Origin: Promethearchaeota archaeon
Lineage (GTDB): Archaea; Asgardarchaeota; Lokiarchaeia; Sigyniarchaeales; SOKP01
Assembly: GCA_011364975.1 (NCBI GenBank)
Contig: RDOE01000043.1
Location: forward strand, 1-30,024
Length of the DNA stretch: 30,024 bases
Direction of reading: 5' to 3'
Shown here: positions 27,527 through 30,024 of the stretch, one piece after another
Layout of the letters: the number at the start of each line of letters is the position of its first letter
How positions within the stretch are numbered: the stretch's first letter is position 1
Program-made: the position numbers and the translations under genes
The notes under the pieces: model-generated
The model's input: only the letters and a program-made list of their open reading frames with translations
What the model was told of the DNA's origin: nothing
Database searches by the model: none

Positions 27527-29431
27527 ATAGAATTAGAAAGATTGTCCCATCATAAATCCGTTCAAAAAGTATACGAACGGATTAAAAAGGATGGGATGAA
27601 TAATATTTGGGACCGATTTGAAGCTCAAGGATTTTCAGGGGATCCAGATAAGAGATGTCCATTTTGTTTAAAAGGAGCCCGTTGCGATTTATGTTCCAAT
27701 GGCCCGTGTAGATCAGATGCCTCGATCGACAAACGGGGAGTTTGTGGTATCACCGCTGATGGTATGGCTATGCGGATGATGTTATTAAGAAATGTAATGG
27801 GCGCATCTACATATCATTATCATACAGAGGCAACTTTAAAAACGTTAAAAGCAACAATCGAAGGAAAAACCCCTTTTAAAATTAGTGAGCCTGATAAACT
27901 AAAAACATTTGCGAGAAGACTAGGACTAAATGTGTCAGAAGATATCAAAAAAGTAGCCAAAGATCTTCTGGAATTTGTTAGAGAAGACCTTAATCGCCCT
28001 CACACTGAAAAGAGTAAAATTGTCGAAAAATTAGCTCCAGAAGAAAGAAAAAAGGTATGGAATGAACTAGGCATTTTTCCGGGAGGTATCTATGGGGAAA
28101 TGATGTTTTCGACTAGTTCATGTTTAACCAATGTGGATGGATATTATGCTAGCCTTGCGCTTAAAGCTATGCGTTTAGGGATCGCAATGGCATATCAGAG
28201 TCAAATAGTAAATGAATTCATTCAAGATATATTGTTTAACATTCCACGACCTCATAAAATGCGTGTAAATTTGGGTGTATTAGATCCTGATTATGTAAAT
28301 GTCCTACCTAATGGTCATGAACCGTTCTTAGGTTTTGCCATGGTTCAATTAGCACGTAAACCTGAATGGCAAGAAAAAGCTAAAAGTGTAGGCGCAAAAG
28401 GATTAAGAATAATTGCTAATATTGAGACAGGTCAGGAAATGATTCAAAGATGGGAAATGGATGATGTATTTTATGGATTTACCGGAAATTGGATTATGCA
28501 GGAAGCCATCCTAGCAAGTGGCTGTATTGATCTTTTTGCTTGTGATATGAATTGTTCAATGCCTATAGATCCAATCTACGCTAAGAAGTACAAGTTTAAG
28601 TTAATCCCCGTTTCAGATGTCGTTGTTTTTGAAGGAGTTAATGAGCGATTAGATTATGTCCCTGAAAAAGCCGAAGAACAAGCCGCTAAATTACTTCAGA
28701 TGGCAATTGATAATTTTGAAGAACGTCGAAAGAGCATAGAGCCAGTCACAGGATTAGATATGAATGAGGCTGTGGTTGGTTTTTCGAAAGAAAGCATTTT
28801 AGCAGCATTAGGGGGGACTTTAGATCCTCTTTTAAACGCGATTAAAGACGGTACAATAAGAGGGGTTGCCGGGTTAGTATCTTGCACAACTCTTAGAGAT
28901 ACTGGTCAAGACGTACACACCGTCCGTGTAGCAAAAGAATTAATTAAGCGAGACGTATTGGTGTTATCTATGGGATGTGGTAATGGTGGGCTTCAAGTTG
29001 CTGGGTTATGTGTCCCCGAAGCTAAAGACTTAGCAGGACCAGGTCTGAAAAAGATATGTGAATTATTGGGAATACCACCTGTCCTTAGTTTTGGTACTTG
29101 TACCGATACAGGAAGACTTGCGGACCTTGTTGGCGTCATATCTGATGCTCTGGGAGGAGTTGCAATCCCTGATTTGCCTGTAGTTGCTGTTGCCCCTGAA
29201 TACATGGAGCAGAAGGCCACAATAGATGCTATTTTCGCTCTAGCCTTCGGATTGTACACCTATGTTAATCCTGTTCCCACAGTCACAGGAGGACCTAATT
29301 TAATCAAGTTACTTACCGTTGATTGTAAGGATGTAACAGGTGGGATATTACATGTTGAAACTGATCCTTCAGTGGCCGTTGATGCAATGCTTGACCATAT
29401 AGAAGCAAATAGAAAAAAGCTTGGTATTTAA
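27527..29431 (+). CDS. cooS: CooS/HCP-superfamily CO-dehydrogenase-like protein with divergent C-cluster ligands
   Basis: CPFC...CDLCSNGPC...GVCG; NGH, DMNC, VSC, GCG, GTCTD. ORF track starts at TTG 27542; an in-frame ATA at 27527 lies 6 nt after AGGTGA. Confidence 0.9.
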   Translation: MELERLSHHKSVQKVYERIKKDGMNNIWDRFEAQGFSGDPDKRCPFCLKGARCDLCSNGPCRSDASIDKRGVCGITADGMAMRMMLLRNVMGASTYHYHTEATLKTLKATIEGKTPFKISEPDKLKTFARRLGLNVSEDIKKVAKDLLEFVREDLNRPHTEKSKIVEKLAPEERKKVWNELGIFPGGIYGEMMFSTSSCLTNVDGYYASLALKAMRLGIAMAYQSQIVNEFIQDILFNIPRPHKMRVNLGVLDPDYVNVLPNGHEPFLGFAMVQLARKPEWQEKAKSVGAKGLRIIANIETGQEMIQRWEMDDVFYGFTGNWIMQEAILASGCIDLFACDMNCSMPIDPIYAKKYKFKLIPVSDVVVFEGVNERLDYVPEKAEEQAAKLLQMAIDNFEERRKSIEPVTGLDMNEAVVGFSKESILAALGGTLDPLLNAIKDGTIRGVAGLVSCTTLRDTGQDVHTVRVAKELIKRDVLVLSMGCGNGGLQVAGLCVPEAKDLAGPGLKKICELLGIPPVLSFGTCTDTGRLADLVGVISDALGGVAIPDLPVVAVAPEYMEQKATIDAIFALAFGLYTYVNPVPTVTGGPNLIKLLTVDCKDVTGGILHVETDPSVAVDAMLDHIEANRKKLGI

Positions 29432-29595
29432 ATTTAAATTATATTCTTTTTTTTCTTAACTTTTTGGTTTAAATCTCGATTTCAACCATTTTATTATTAT
29501 TTTATTAATTTTGTTAGTGAATAGTAAATTTCAATATACTAGTAATTAGTAAAAAAATTTAAAAAATAGAAATTAAAAAAAACCTCATCTTTATT

Positions 29596-29925
29596 TTATT
29601 CTTCTGGAGGGGGTTCCATTCCTAAAATTTTATAAGCTTCTGCTATATGAAAGTAGGTTTCTATTTGGTATTTAAAACCCTCAATTTCTAAGGCATATTC
29701 TTGATATTGTTGTGCAAGTCTAGCCATGAAATCTTCAACCTTACCTTTCTTAACATCACCTACGGCTAAAACTTGCATTCCTTCTACCGTGGATCTAACC
29801 CCAATTACAAGTGTGCTCCCTATAGAAGGATCAGAAGGATATTTTTTAATCATTTCAATATTCTTTTTTGCTACTTTACTTGATTTTGCATGTGGAAATA
29901 TTACTGTAGCTACAATTAATACCAT
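29596..29925 (-). CDS. Hypothetical protein (109 aa)
   Basis: ATG after CGTGA; protein-like composition; convergent with cooS; no recognised motif. Confidence 0.65.
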   Translation of the reverse strand: MVLIVATVIFPHAKSSKVAKKNIEMIKKYPSDPSIGSTLVIGVRSTVEGMQVLAVGDVKKGKVEDFMARLAQQYQEYALEIEGFKYQIETYFHIAEAYKILGMEPPPEE

Positions 29926-30024
29926 TTTTTATCACGTTTTTTTTAAAATTATTGAATTTCAAGTAATAAAAAATAAAATCCGCTATTATTTAAAATTTGA
30001 GTCTAGATCTAAGCATTGAAATGG

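Noticed and set aside
10713-29431. Selenocysteine recoding in the redox genes
   Set aside because: Catalytic positions examined are ordinary Cys codons; I saw no internal in-frame TGA splitting a domain and no convincing SECIS.
2635-30019. Short antisense ORFs in the track (e.g. 2635, 5247, 7821, 9870, 10141, 10697, 11272, 13377, 16369, 18748, 20956, 21996, 24120, 24257, 26058, 28696, 28993, 29726)
   Set aside because: All overlap better-supported genes on the opposite strand and show no recognisable motifs.
1-30024. CRISPR arrays, tRNA/rRNA genes, transposases, prophage or defence genes
   Set aside because: No regularly spaced repeats, cloverleaf or GC-rich RNA blocks, or matching protein motifs seen by eye.

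Overview
AT-rich archaeal window. Gene content and style (GGTGA-type Shine-Dalgarno sites, TATA boxes, T-tract terminators, SNAP/TPR-like and PCI-like proteins, an MFS remnant) suggest an Asgard/Lokiarchaeia-like anaerobe; this is inference, not a database result. No rRNA, tRNA, CRISPR or transposase was seen. Left part: partial C25 (gingipain-like) peptidase, HAD phosphatase, alpha-SNAP-like repeat protein, SAMP/ThiS-like protein ending GGR, RNase Z, coiled-coil protein, ABC exporter pair, a candidate ~130-nt structured ncRNA and a corrinoid protein. Middle: an atypical sulfur/Fe-S module made of tusA, an IscS with Asp in place of the PLP lysine, and an IscU fused to a degenerate thioredoxin-reductase NADPH domain, followed nearby by a CoA-disulfide reductase-rhodanese-TusA-rhodanese fusion. 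Right part: a dispersed O2/ROS-detoxification set (rubrerythrin, superoxide reductase, flavodiiron protein with an adjacent acyl-CoA dehydrogenase, two short rubredoxins absent from the ORF track, NAD(P)H:rubredoxin oxidoreductase-rubredoxin fusion) next to a divergent CooS with a Cys-to-Glu C-cluster ligand change. Three genes appear to initiate at ATA, each 6 nt after an SD-like motif.
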